A DNA stretch of 50,504 bases, counting the filler, from Streblomastix strix (taxonomy: Eukaryota): NCBI GenBank assembly GCA_008636045.1. It is 2 parts of 2 records of this genome, joined end to end, with 100 filler letters (N's around TTAATTAATTAA, not from the genome) between each part and the next. Parts side by side here need not be neighbours in the genome. Positions count along the whole stretch, not along the records: positions 1 to 25,212 come from SNRW01000207.1; 1 more part is not named here. One strand, 5' to 3'. The position numbers and the translations under genes are program-made. Below, in pieces: positions 13,033 to 23,884 of this stretch (the first letter of the stretch is position 1; every line of letters begins with the position of its first letter). The notes below the pieces were generated by a model that saw only the letters and a program-made list of their open reading frames with translations, was not told where the DNA came from and did no database searches.

Positions 13033-13116
13033 AGTTACAGAATCATGAATAAACAACATTTTTGGATTCCTAGTATACAATATGACCTTAAAGAAGAATA
13101 TCAATGAGATATGAAA
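13033..13116. repeat. Dispersed repeat, copy 2 (copy 1 at 2858-2941)
   Basis: Ungapped similarity to 2858-2941. Confidence 0.6.
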
Positions 13117-13371
13117 AATTGAAGAAATTGATGAGATTTCAATTGTTTAAAAAATATTTTTAATTCTAATATATAAACAGATAAAAAAAAGAAATATAAT
13201 TTAGAAATTAAATGTTTTCAGATTGATTTGAAAGTTGAAATTTTAGTCAATGTTGATGTTTTGATCACGAATATGACGATAAAATTAATCGATATGACTG
13301 ATAATTCTGTCCAATTAAGCGGATTAATGAAAAAGATAAATGGCGTGAATAAATGAAGTGAATTATCTATG

Positions 13372-13443
13372 TGTGCCAATGTGCAGACTTAGACACCCAT
13401 AAAATATCTACATTTGCAGAAGTCAGTAGGTCGGTCGGTTGTT
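13372..13443 (+). promoter_or_regulatory. Conserved hairpin element, copy A
   Basis: gtgccaatgtgcaGACTT...AAGTCagtaggtcggtcggttg; homologous to copies B and C. Confidence 0.55.
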
Positions 13444-13519
13444 GATGAATGAATTAAGTGTTGAGATTGCGACTGAAAAAATATTTTCCAAAAATTTCCC
13501 CAACTAATTTACTTTTTTG

Positions 13520-16193
13520 ATTCCAAAATAAACATCTAAAAAAATTTTAATTCAAAATGAACTAATTAACATTGAACAATTACTCAATGAAAAACCTGAA
13601 CCAGGAACTGTGTAGAGTTACTTTGTAAAATAGTATAACTTTATTGATACACTTCCAAATCATAAACTTGTTAATACATATAAATCATCAAAGATAAAAA
13701 GATTAAATTTTGAAAGAGATTGTTTTAATGAATACATTTTACCTGATAAATATTGTAATCCTTACTTTGATTTTGATCACATTGAGATGCAGGAATAATA
13801 TACATCAGTAATAACATGGCTAGATTCATTGATTAGTGAATTTTGATAATATTCGATAAGTGGTTATTCAAATGATATTGAAATTTGTATTAAAAATATT
13901 CAGAGATTTTTATAGAATGCAGAAAATAAAATATCAATCCATGTTATTTTCTATGAAAAATGAATCCTATAAGCTGATATGATGGAAATTGTTAAAAAAG
14001 TTGGAAATTAAATTTCTTGGAGATTTTACTATGACATTAATGAATTTGTTGATGATTCTGAATAAAAACTTAAACCTGTATCTAGGAACTCTCGATAAAT
14101 ATTCCGTCATATTCTTTCAAATAAATAATTAAGTTAAAAAGAGCCTATATTAGTTGCAGGATAATTATGTAAATAGAATGATGAACCAATTAATTAAATT
14201 GTATAATGTATTTAAAATGTTTCTTCAACTGATGATGTGATTAGTAATTGGAGTAACGTTATTCATAAAATTCCTTGCTTGAAAGAGAAAGAAAAAGAGA
14301 AAACAAACGCAAAGAGATTAGTGGAAGTAGGTAATGGTACCGAAGATGTTGCAGGTGATGGAAAAATAATAACAAAGACACATATGAAAAACGTTAAAAT
14401 CGATGATATTGATATTGATGAAAAATTGATAATATTTACTAAAAATAAATGATTGGATTATTGAATTAGTTTGAAACTACATTTAAGAGTCTAGTGAAAA
14501 CAACTGCTTCAATTTGATACTCTCCTCACACTGAAGAATTCATCAAAGAATGCTACACTGAATGGTATAACTAGCGAACACATATTCACTATGTTGATGA
14601 AACAATTAATATAATTATGAAATATTTCAAACAAGAATTTTCAAATAAATCGTTCTATTCAATTTTCAAGCATTTTGATCCAATTGATTAGCAGATGTAT
14701 ATAAATGAACATAAACATCTATACATTGATAAAGAGATTAATATAAACAATTCCAAATATGATGTTAATGATGTGTAAGTAAGATAATATAAATTAAGTA
14801 ATTTCAATTAATTGAATAATGACTTAAGATGAGTTATAGGAGTTAAAGATAGTGCATGCTACATAAAAATGAGAGAAACAGATAATACAAAATATTAATG
14901 AAATCAGATGATTAAATGATGACATTCTTCAAGTTTGATAAACCATTCATCAATGTAAATAGTGTTAATCTTGGATAAATTATCAGCAAATACAGTAAAA
15001 TATTCAGATATAATGATATTATATTTGAAGAACATAATAGAGAAAGTGCGATCAATATGTTCACTGGCTTTGCATACAAAGAGACAATAACTGATGATTT
15101 CACTAAAATTTAACTTTTCTTGAATCACATAAAGAATGTATTAGCAGGTATGATCGACACAGAATTAAATTATCAATATGTCATTAAATGGCTTGCATCA
15201 ATCTTCTAGAAAATAAGAATAAAAATTGGTACCTTGACTAATTTCATTGGTTCATAGGGTTGTGAAAAATCGTTCGCGATTGAAACAATCTATGAATTAT
15301 TAGGTGTGTTTGCGTTAAAGAATGTAGATGAATTAAATAAATTATTTGGAAAGTTAAATGCCTTAGCATCAACTGCAATTTTAATAAATTTTAATGAAAT
15401 TAATGATGCAAGTGAATCATTTCAGTTGAAATATATAATGAAAAGTTCAATCATATAGAATAAAAAAATAATTGAACATAGTGGAATGGATCCAATATCA
15501 ACAGAGATGTGGGCAAATTATACTGGAACATTTAATGATGCAAATGCAATTCCAATTGAGAAGGTTAATAGAAGATTCCAATAATTAACATGCAATAATG
15601 AATTCGCTGGTAATCGAAAATATTTCAATGATTTATGCAATAACATTAAACCTACATAATAAGGTATATACAATGAAGAATTCATGAATACCATACTTCA
15701 TTATTTTCGCGCATTAGACATAAAAGAATTTAATGCTGAAGATTTTATTGTTGAAGTTGACAAGAAAACAGATGTTGAAAATAATGATTAACTCGAACGG
15801 TAATGCAGTAGTTTGAATTAAGTTGATAGATTCGTTGTTGATAATTATCCTGTGTTTGAAATCGGAGTCTCAATTGAAAGAATAAAGATTGATAAATATA
15901 TTCAGAATGATTTGGCAATTAAAATTAAAATTTATTGTGAATTTATTATAATGAGAAAGAATATGTTCATTAAAGATTATTATTTGAAAAATAAACATAT
16001 TTATAATTAATATCCAAAGATTGATCAAAATGGATTACCTGATTAAATTTGAGTATATTCATTAAAACCTGAAGATTATAGCAGAAATAAAATGAACATA
16101 ATTAAATATAAGTATTTCAATATATTTAAACCAGATTCTAATGAATTAAATAATCTTGATGTTAATTAGGTTGATGGATCCGAATATATTTGA
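13520..16193 (+). pseudogene. AEP primase-polymerase fused to a D5-like superfamily 3 helicase
   Basis: NEYI..NPYFDFD (13763-13777), KISIHVIF (SxH at 13934-13942), VDDS..RQIFRHILSNK; Walker A GSQGCEKS (15249-15272), Walker B ILINFNE, GTFND..RRF; internal TGAs and a frameshift; final TGA at 16191. Confidence 0.85.
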
Positions 16194-16215
16194 ATGATTA
16201 TTTTTGTTCAATTTC

Positions 16216-16318
16216 AGACTTAAACTGAATGATTAGAAACAGTGTCAATGTGCCGACTTCCTTCCCTCCAAAAAATTCCATATTTTAGCGGAAGTCAGTC
16301 GATCGGTCGGTTGCTAAA
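16216..16318 (+). promoter_or_regulatory. Conserved hairpin element, copy B
   Basis: GACTTCC (16255-16261) pairs with GGAAGTC (16290-16296), followed by agtcgatcggtcggttgctaaa; starts about 20 nt after the helicase stop. Confidence 0.6.
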
Positions 16319-16461
16319 CATAAAAAAGCAATTGAGTAGATTATCATAAAACTTCCTTAATCAAACGCTATTTTTAGTCATTTTATACCTACTTAGAAAT
16401 TTTATATAATAAGATACAATTGTCCACTTTAAATGGAAATAGAGTAAAAATAAATCATATC

Positions 16462-16961
16462 TCAACATGAACATAAAAGAGTTTAATTCTAACTTTCATC
16501 ATCAATAACAATATTATTTGCAATCAGTATTCCAATACTATCTATTCCTTTAGGTAATTATTGAATCTTATCGTAGACATATTTCTATCTATCAGTCAGA
16601 AAAACTAATGTGTCTTGTTAAAGTTAATCATTAATTGTACGAATAAATGGAATGACATCATACCTCCAATTACGATCTATAATAATAGTAGGTGCATATA
16701 CATTATTAATTGATTCAAATTATTTTATAGAACGAACTAAGTAAACAAAGTTATGTGTGAATGATTACAAAATTTATGAATCTGTTAATGTTGATAGTTT
16801 ATGTTTTCTCAATATTTTTTTATCTATTTTACATAATTATCGAGATATGATTGTGCCAACTCATTATTTACTTCAACATCCATGAAATTTTAATCTCTAA
16901 AGATTGAATTTTTCTATTTTTAGACTATGTCAGTTGTAATATTAAATTCAAACTTGATCAT
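16462..16961 (-). pseudogene. Hypothetical viral protein, frameshifted (...LVRSIKQFESINNVYAPTIIIDRNWRYDVIPFIRT...)
   Basis: Long open minus-strand frame under TAA/TAG=Gln ending in TGA at 16464-16462. Confidence 0.45.
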
Positions 16962-17031
16962 TTTCAATAAATAAAAATATTAATCCTGAATGCTAATCTT
17001 AATAAGTTATCCTTCAAGTCACTTTTTCAAA

Positions 17032-17130
17032 TTTAGTAACCGACCGACAGACTGAGTTCCGCTAATATGAATTTTTTACGGGAGGAACTCGGAACATTGG
17101 CATAGATTTCAGATCGTTCAGTTTAAGTCT
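17032..17130 (-). promoter_or_regulatory. Conserved hairpin element, copy C (inverted)
   Basis: Reverse complement aligns with copy B over about 100 bp; stem is GAGTTCC (17054-17060) / GGAACTC (17084-17090). Confidence 0.6.
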
Positions 17131-17196
17131 AATTATGAAGAGTTAACGCACACATTAATCAGCACCAATAATCAGTACATTAAAAGCAAAAATAAA

Positions 17197-18202
17197 TCAT
17201 ATTCTTTGATTTTAACGATCAATTATCTCATTGATTTGAAATAAATCCTGTACGTTAGTTATAATTATTTTCTATAGTCGTCAAATCAAGATTAGTTACA
17301 AATCGTTAGCTGAAGCACGAAATTCTTATCATTGAATTTTATATCGTTATTAAGCAAGATAACGCTATTCTAAAGCAATGCATTCGGCTTCGCATGCTCA
17401 CAAATAAATCACTGTTAAATCATCTTCAATAATTTTATAATTAATTTGTATATATTATCATCTAAATCTAATATGAAATATTATTGCATTGTTTGTTAAT
17501 TATCATTGATAATCTCATACAATTTATTTAAATCAATCTCTAATATTTTTATTCTATATATATAGCTGCATCCCCACTCTTGATCTATCGTTTCTTCATT
17601 ATATCTTCAAAGCTGATGCTCTTGAATATTTCATTCATTAACTGTTTCACTTGCTTGTTATATCGTAATGCAGTTGATAGAGGAACAAATGAGTTGGATA
17701 ATTGATATATATTTTCTAGAAACAATAGTCTTCCCATCCTTCCATTTTCATTTTCGTGAAGATGAATGCGTTTGTATGGTAGATAGCATGCAAACATAAC
17801 CATTACCTTATTCTAACCAGCATATTCATAAATGAAATTCACAAATAATTATAGATCATTCGGATCGATATTTTTATGTTAGATTCCAACATTAGCAGCT
17901 GAAAATATTTTTGAATTATTCTTATTACTAACATATACGTTACATTGTTTAAACGATTCTTTTCTAAATAGTGATTAGTATAGATCATCGATAAATGGCA
18001 CTTTATTATTCGTAAAGTATTCAATGGCATCATTAATGCTATTTATTGATAACATATTATACTTAATACTGTTAGAATCCAAAATATTCTTGTGCATTAA
18101 TCTATCTACATCAATACAAGCCATTACTTTACCTATTTAATCACATCCATCTTCATTAAACATTATTGAAAACTCTTTAATTTTTATTGTTTATCTAGGC
18201 AT
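17197..18202 (-). pseudogene. Fic/DOC-family (Fido) protein with a degenerate active site
   Basis: ATG at 18202 is in frame with RIHLHENENGRMGRLLF (17729-17764), matching HPFxDGNGRxxR with substitutions; frameshift near the 3' end. Confidence 0.75.
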
Positions 18203-18221
18203 CTTTTTAATAATAAATGAA

Positions 18222-18428
18222 ATGTTATTCGAGATTATTGTTGGTACATCAATAACATTCATCGTTATTGCAAACATTGGCTTGTATCTTACTACTGCAT
18301 CTGCATATAATATGCTAACTAAAGAAGAAGAAAAGATACCAATAAATTTAGCATTTTATTCATAAACAACTGACCTGATATTTTTGGATATAATAATTGT
18401 CACATGGTAGATAAGATTCGTCATCTGA
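18222..18428 (+). CDS. Small putative membrane protein (MLFEIIVGTSITFIVIANIGLYL...)
   Basis: 69-codon ORF with a hydrophobic N-terminus, divergent from the Fic gene; the 3' end may be frameshifted. Confidence 0.4.
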
Positions 18429-18450
18429 AAGAATATCGCAAAATGAAATA

Positions 18451-18910
18451 ATGTCACCTACATAATCTGTATCGATAATTCCAGCAATAGTTGAAATATC
18501 ATCTCCTTTCGAAATAGAACTAGACTGTTTATCAGTTTAAACGCAATGATCGAGAAGACGATCTTCCATATTTGAAGAATTAATAATATTCGATCCATCT
18601 ATATGTCGATGGCTATTTGATATAATTAGTGAAAATGATCATATAGTTAAAGAATCTGCCCATTTCGTATTATCTGAACCTTAATTGATAAGAGTAATTG
18701 CATAAATATTTTAGGTTGTAGAAAGCTAAGTTACATTAACCATAGAAGACGAAGGATGTTGTGGTAAATTTATGTACGATGGAACTAGAACATTAAATGA
18801 TATTTCAATTAATAACTTTAATATTCTTACACTTTATATCTATAAAGTCAATCTTCTTAGAGATTCATATAAAACTTGTTTGTAAAAAGTAAAAAAATAA
18901 CAAGTATCCT
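18451..18910 (+). pseudogene. Hypothetical viral protein (MSPTQSVSIIPAIVEISSPFEIELD...)
   Basis: Long open frame with one internal TGA. Confidence 0.45.
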
Positions 18911-19017
18911 TGATCTTGGAGATATATCTTCAAAATTAATGTCAGCAGCAAGTAAAAGATAAAAGGCAGTAATTTCATAAAATAATTGATCAATCCATAT
19001 TATTTTTGGCAATTAAA

Positions 19018-21766
19018 TGGATGCAGACTTACATGCATTAGATGCTCTTATAAAACATGAAGAAATTTTTATTCGGAAGTATTAAAAACAATTCAATTGG
19101 ATTGATTGAATAGATCGAAAACATTTATTATCAAATTAATAACATAAATAATGCAAAACTAATTGATGCGTACACACGAGGATAAGTTGATTTAATATTA
19201 GATGAGAAAGCAGATAAAACAGATATAATCGACTCATATACCAAGACATAGGATGATGTACTGTTAGCTACCAAAATTGATAAGATGTAACTAATAGATT
19301 CTTATTCCAAGACAGAAATTGATACAAAATTATATTTGAATGCTATTGTTGCTGATATTGTTGGAAATCACGCAAAATTGAAGAGGAAGCTCTCTTGTTA
19401 TTAAAAGCAGATAAATCAGAATTAATTGATAGCTGTTGTAAAACTGAGGATGAAGCATTACTATTACTGAAAGCAGATAAGACATAGCTAGTTAACTCAT
19501 ACTTAAAGACAGAAACTGATACAAAATTAGATCTGAAAGTAGACAAGGCATAATTAATCGATTTATATTCCAAGACAGAAGATGATGCTTTGTTAGCTCT
19601 CAAAGCTGATATGACATAGCTAATTGATTCATATACTAAAACAGAAGATGACACACACATCTTGTTGAAAGCTAACGCTGCTGATGTTTGCAATAAAGAA
19701 GAAACATTTGATAAAGTTGAAAATGAAAAAAAAGATGCTGTAACTTAAATTGCTGATAAAGCAAATAGTTAAAAATTAACATAATACGCTGATTTTTAAT
19801 AAGATTAAGCGATTCCTAGAATTAAGTAATTCGGAGTAATTTCTGCTACAACTATATCAAAACTTACTAAAAAAATGATGCATCAATTCTTCTCGCTGAT
19901 GGTGGAGATATGTTAGTAAGTAGTTTAGTAAATTAAACGCAGTTATAAGAAGTTAGAAATATTGCTACTGGAAAGTCAAAAACATACGTATTCGATATAT
20001 ATGGATAGTTGAATGACTGGATGGCTGTTCAGGAGAATGTAGCAAATCTAGTAATTGAAGATGATTTATACATTGTTGATAAAGAAATTACTGATTACTG
20101 GTGGGATGGAACTGACTTAAAAGTACTAGAAACAGAATTACTTGATATGAATAATTTTATCGCAACTCTTGGAGTAACAACTGGAAGCGGTAATGCGATA
20201 ATTGATTTATCAATTGATGTAAATATACTAACTCCAGCTAAAAATAAAAATTTTATTGATACAGATTATGATCAAACGATTACTGGCTAAAAATCATTTA
20301 CTACAACTATTTATTTGGTTAGTATTACATACTAAGGTTACCAAAATTCTAACGTAATTCTTGCTATTGGTGGTGTTAGATCAATAGCTGATATATAAAA
20401 TGCTTCATACACTTAAGCGTAGGATGATACGTTACTATTATTGAAAGCAGGTAAGACATAACTGATAAATTCTTATACAAAAAACTGAAATAAATAACTT
20501 ACTAAATGCTAATGCAGATCAGTCAACTACATGAACTAAATCGTAAGATAACGTATTCTTATTATTGAAAGCAGATAAAACATAAATAATTAACTCATAT
20601 ACTAAATCGTATGATGATGCATTACTATTATAGAAAGCATTTAAGATATAATTTATCTATTCTTTCACAAAGACTGAAACAAATAACTTGCTAAATGATA
20701 AAGCTAATAAATCAACTACTTATAGGAAGACTGAGACCGATAATTTAATAGCATAGATTGATGTTGGAGATGTTTATTTGAGCAGTTGTTACACAAAAAT
20801 AAAACAGATGAATTTCTAGGTGATAAAGCTAATACAATTGATTTAGCTAACTATGTTACTTTGGGAACTTCATAGACAATTACATCAAATAAGACATTCA
20901 ACAATGTTTGTAGATTCGTAAGTTCTATAGATGGAATGCCAACAGTAACTATATCATCATTTATCAAAGCAGATGCTGATGATCGTGTTGTATTACTTCG
21001 AGCCAGTGGTACAAAATCATTATCTGAATTTATCGGTACTCCAACTGAATTATCAAATTATTACACAAAAACTTAAACATAATCTTAAACCGAATATAAT
21101 AATAGATTTTGGAGAAATAATAGTAATAATATGGTAATGTAATAAATAAAAGGAAGATTAACGAATATATGTCCAATTGTTGGATCTTTTGATGAAACAT
21201 AATATCGACAACCAAATAAATATCCTACTAATTCAGAAGTTGATGCAAAACTAAAGAATGTTGTTACTACAGAAACGACTCAATCAATTGCGGAGTCTAA
21301 GATATTTACGAGTTATATTACTGTTTCTGGATTTGAAAAAACTGTTAAGGAAGATACACCATTCCTATTGGCTGGAAGTGGAGATATATTATTATCAGCA
21401 TTTGGAGGATTAGAATTGGTAAATATTACTTATACGACTAATGTAGTTAGTCCAACTTCAATAATGTCTCTAAAATGTTATAGATATGGATCACTAGTCA
21501 ATTTTTACGCAAAAATATATTTGGATAGTGGTGCAGGAGCATCTAGTGCATCAGTTGCAGTTTGCGTACTTGCGAGAGCTGGATTTCCAAAATATTTATT
21601 TTATTCAGATGATACAGTTCTTGTTGGATCTTCACCACATTTTGCAAATTTCAAATTTGGAACTGATGGAAAAGTTATGATAAGTTTTTAAACACTAATT
21701 GGAATAGCAGGCTTAGCTGGTGCCTCAACAGCATACATCAACGTTATATATCCTGCAGCAAATTGA
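19018..21766 (+). pseudogene. Fibre/spike-like protein with 22-aa repeats, QTITGxKTF-like motifs and a C-terminal receptor-binding-like head
   Basis: Tandem LIDSYSKTEDDALLLLKADKTQ-type repeats at ~19160-19680 and ~20400-20850; DYWWDGTDLKVLE; YDQTITGQKSF; C-terminal CYRYGSLVNFYAKI...FGTDGKV...YINVIYPAAN*; several frameshifts. Confidence 0.7.
19160..19685 (+). repeat. 66-bp coding tandem repeat array, about 8 units
   Basis: Recurrent ctaattgattcatatactaaaacagaagatga...aaagcagataag units. Confidence 0.75.
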
Positions 21767-21840
21767 AATCAATAAAGGAGCTATTGGTACTATCATTATC
21801 TATCAAACTAGTCTATTAGTATTATTTTTTTATCTATGAA

Positions 21841-23459
21841 ATGTACTGTGTTTATTTAGACGAAACATTATTAGATGCAGCAAGACTATCAGAATTTCCA
21901 GAATATTATGCGTATATTAGTGAGACAGTTCAAGAACCAGTTCCATCGGCATTGTATGTACCAATCGGAGAATAAATTTTATAAGGAAAAGTTAAAGATA
22001 ATGATGATATTCTCTTTAGTATAAACGAAGTGTTCGTTCCTCCAATATCAAATGCACCTACAAAATTGGATTTAAGTTCATAGCTAGAATGATCTAGTTT
22101 CTTAGCATCAAGTGGATCAGATCCATAATTAATTGTGTACGGTGATCGTGTTACATTAACCGCGTCATATGAAACTACTGGATTATTTCCCAATGGATAT
22201 TTATTCAAAAGTTATCCAGAATTTGCGAGACCAAAAGCAGGAGATAAAGTGATTGCATTAGTTGATGCAGACGTAATAAAATAAAAATGGTATATTTTGC
22301 TATATCGATTAGAATGGACCATTTATCATTAGTACTTCATAGATTCCATCAAAAACTGCACTCGTAATTAATGTAACTTATTATAAAAAATATGAGTCAT
22401 CTAAAAAAATAAATTATGATGCAAATAATGATGGCATAGTAAATATAATGGATACTTGGCACGTCAATGGTAAAGGTACATTCGAAACATAATCTCATGT
22501 GTACGAAACCGTGAAAAAAATAAATTGATTCGATCGCTACTGGATTATTTGGAGAAAATAATGTTAATTATCTGAATAATAAAACAAAACTATTGGATGA
22601 ATTAGTGATATATAAAGCAGATAGAGCAGCATATGTCATTAATAAGGGACCATTTATTACATAATGTTTTGATGCAAAATTAGCTTAATTAATATAATAA
22701 TCTAATTTAGAAACAAAATAAACTGTCTATAAATTATTCTAAGCAATTGGTTCAAAATTTCTTCCTACGAATACGAAATATTTGCCTATTCGTGTAGAAT
22801 AATAAGAGTTCTCTCCAAAATGATTATTCAAAAATATATATGATAAATCATCAGCTGTATAAGTAGCTGTAAGTGGAGTATTGAATAAATATGATTGTGA
22901 ATTTTATAAAACATATAGACTTGATAACTACTAGAATCCAACATCAAATGAGCAAAATGCTTTGCAATCAGATCCACTTGTACCAGATTCCAACATTGGT
23001 GAAGTTATAATTAAGCATGTTTGAAAATTACAATAATAATTTTCAATAAAATAATAAACATTTACTAACGTGTTCAATTAGGTTATAATTTATGACGTTT
23101 TCAATCTATATACATCAGCATTGAATACATTCTATATTGTTGATGATAGTGTATGCAAAGTATATGTGTTCAATTTATATTTCGAATCAAAAGGAATATA
23201 AAGTATGAAAACATAGGAAATTGTAAGAATCACTGCATCTGTACTACCAACTGATGGCAAAAGTATGGGATTTCCTGCTGCAATATATTAAACAGCAGGT
23301 GGGAAATATAAAGAATATAGTTTGAATTATTTAATTATTAATACTGAATAGAAAGTAATATATTTCTAACATTCATAAATTTAGGTTCTAATTCCATAGG
23401 ATTAAATGATGTCCATAAATATTGTACTAGTGGAATGCACTACTTATAAGATATTGATT
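21841..23459 (+). pseudogene. Second structural/fibre-like gene (possibly two genes) with beta-rich head-like domains and a DxNxDGxVNxxD motif
   Basis: LIVYGDRVTLTAS..YPEFARP..INVTYY; DANNDGIVNIMD; open over long stretches with scattered TGAs and frameshifts. Confidence 0.5.
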
Positions 23460-23502
23460 AGATAAATTGATCCAAAAACGTTTATCTTTGTGCTTTAAAT
23501 TC

Positions 23503-23832
23503 ATGGCACGGGGAATATTCAACAAGCTAAAAAAACTAATCTAAGTAGTAGGTAAAGGAGTCAATTGGATGAATGATAAAGTAGTCAAACCAATAATGCC
23601 CATAATAAATGTAATTCTATAATCTTTGAGTCCAACTGGAAGTATGGTAGCTAAAGGAATTAGAACAGGATCATCTGCGATGGATGCACTATGGGGTCCA
23701 AATAAACATTATGGAAAATAATAATTCAAATATGATTTTAAAACATTCAGATTAGATGATTTCTTAAGTAAAAAGGTACCAATTGATATAATTAGCAACC
23801 GAATAAAGCTTCTTGGAGATGAACTTCAGTGA
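23503..23832 (+). CDS. 109-aa protein with an N-terminal cationic amphipathic helix; candidate membrane-penetration or minor virion protein
   Basis: Intact ORF MARGIFNKLKKLIQVVGKGVNWMNDKVVKPIMPII...ELQ* directly upstream of the capsid-like gene. Confidence 0.65.
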
Positions 23833-23884
23833 ATCATTAGCTGAGTTAACTAACATATTATCAAATTGTTTTACATAATTAAAT

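Noticed and set aside
19343..19693. 116-aa repetitive minus-strand ORF
   Set aside because: Antisense shadow of the 66-bp fibre repeats
9254..21766. RT plus fibre gene as a diversity-generating retroelement
   Set aside because: The RT is DIRS-type with RNase H and YR, and no template/variable repeat pair with adenine-specific mismatches was seen
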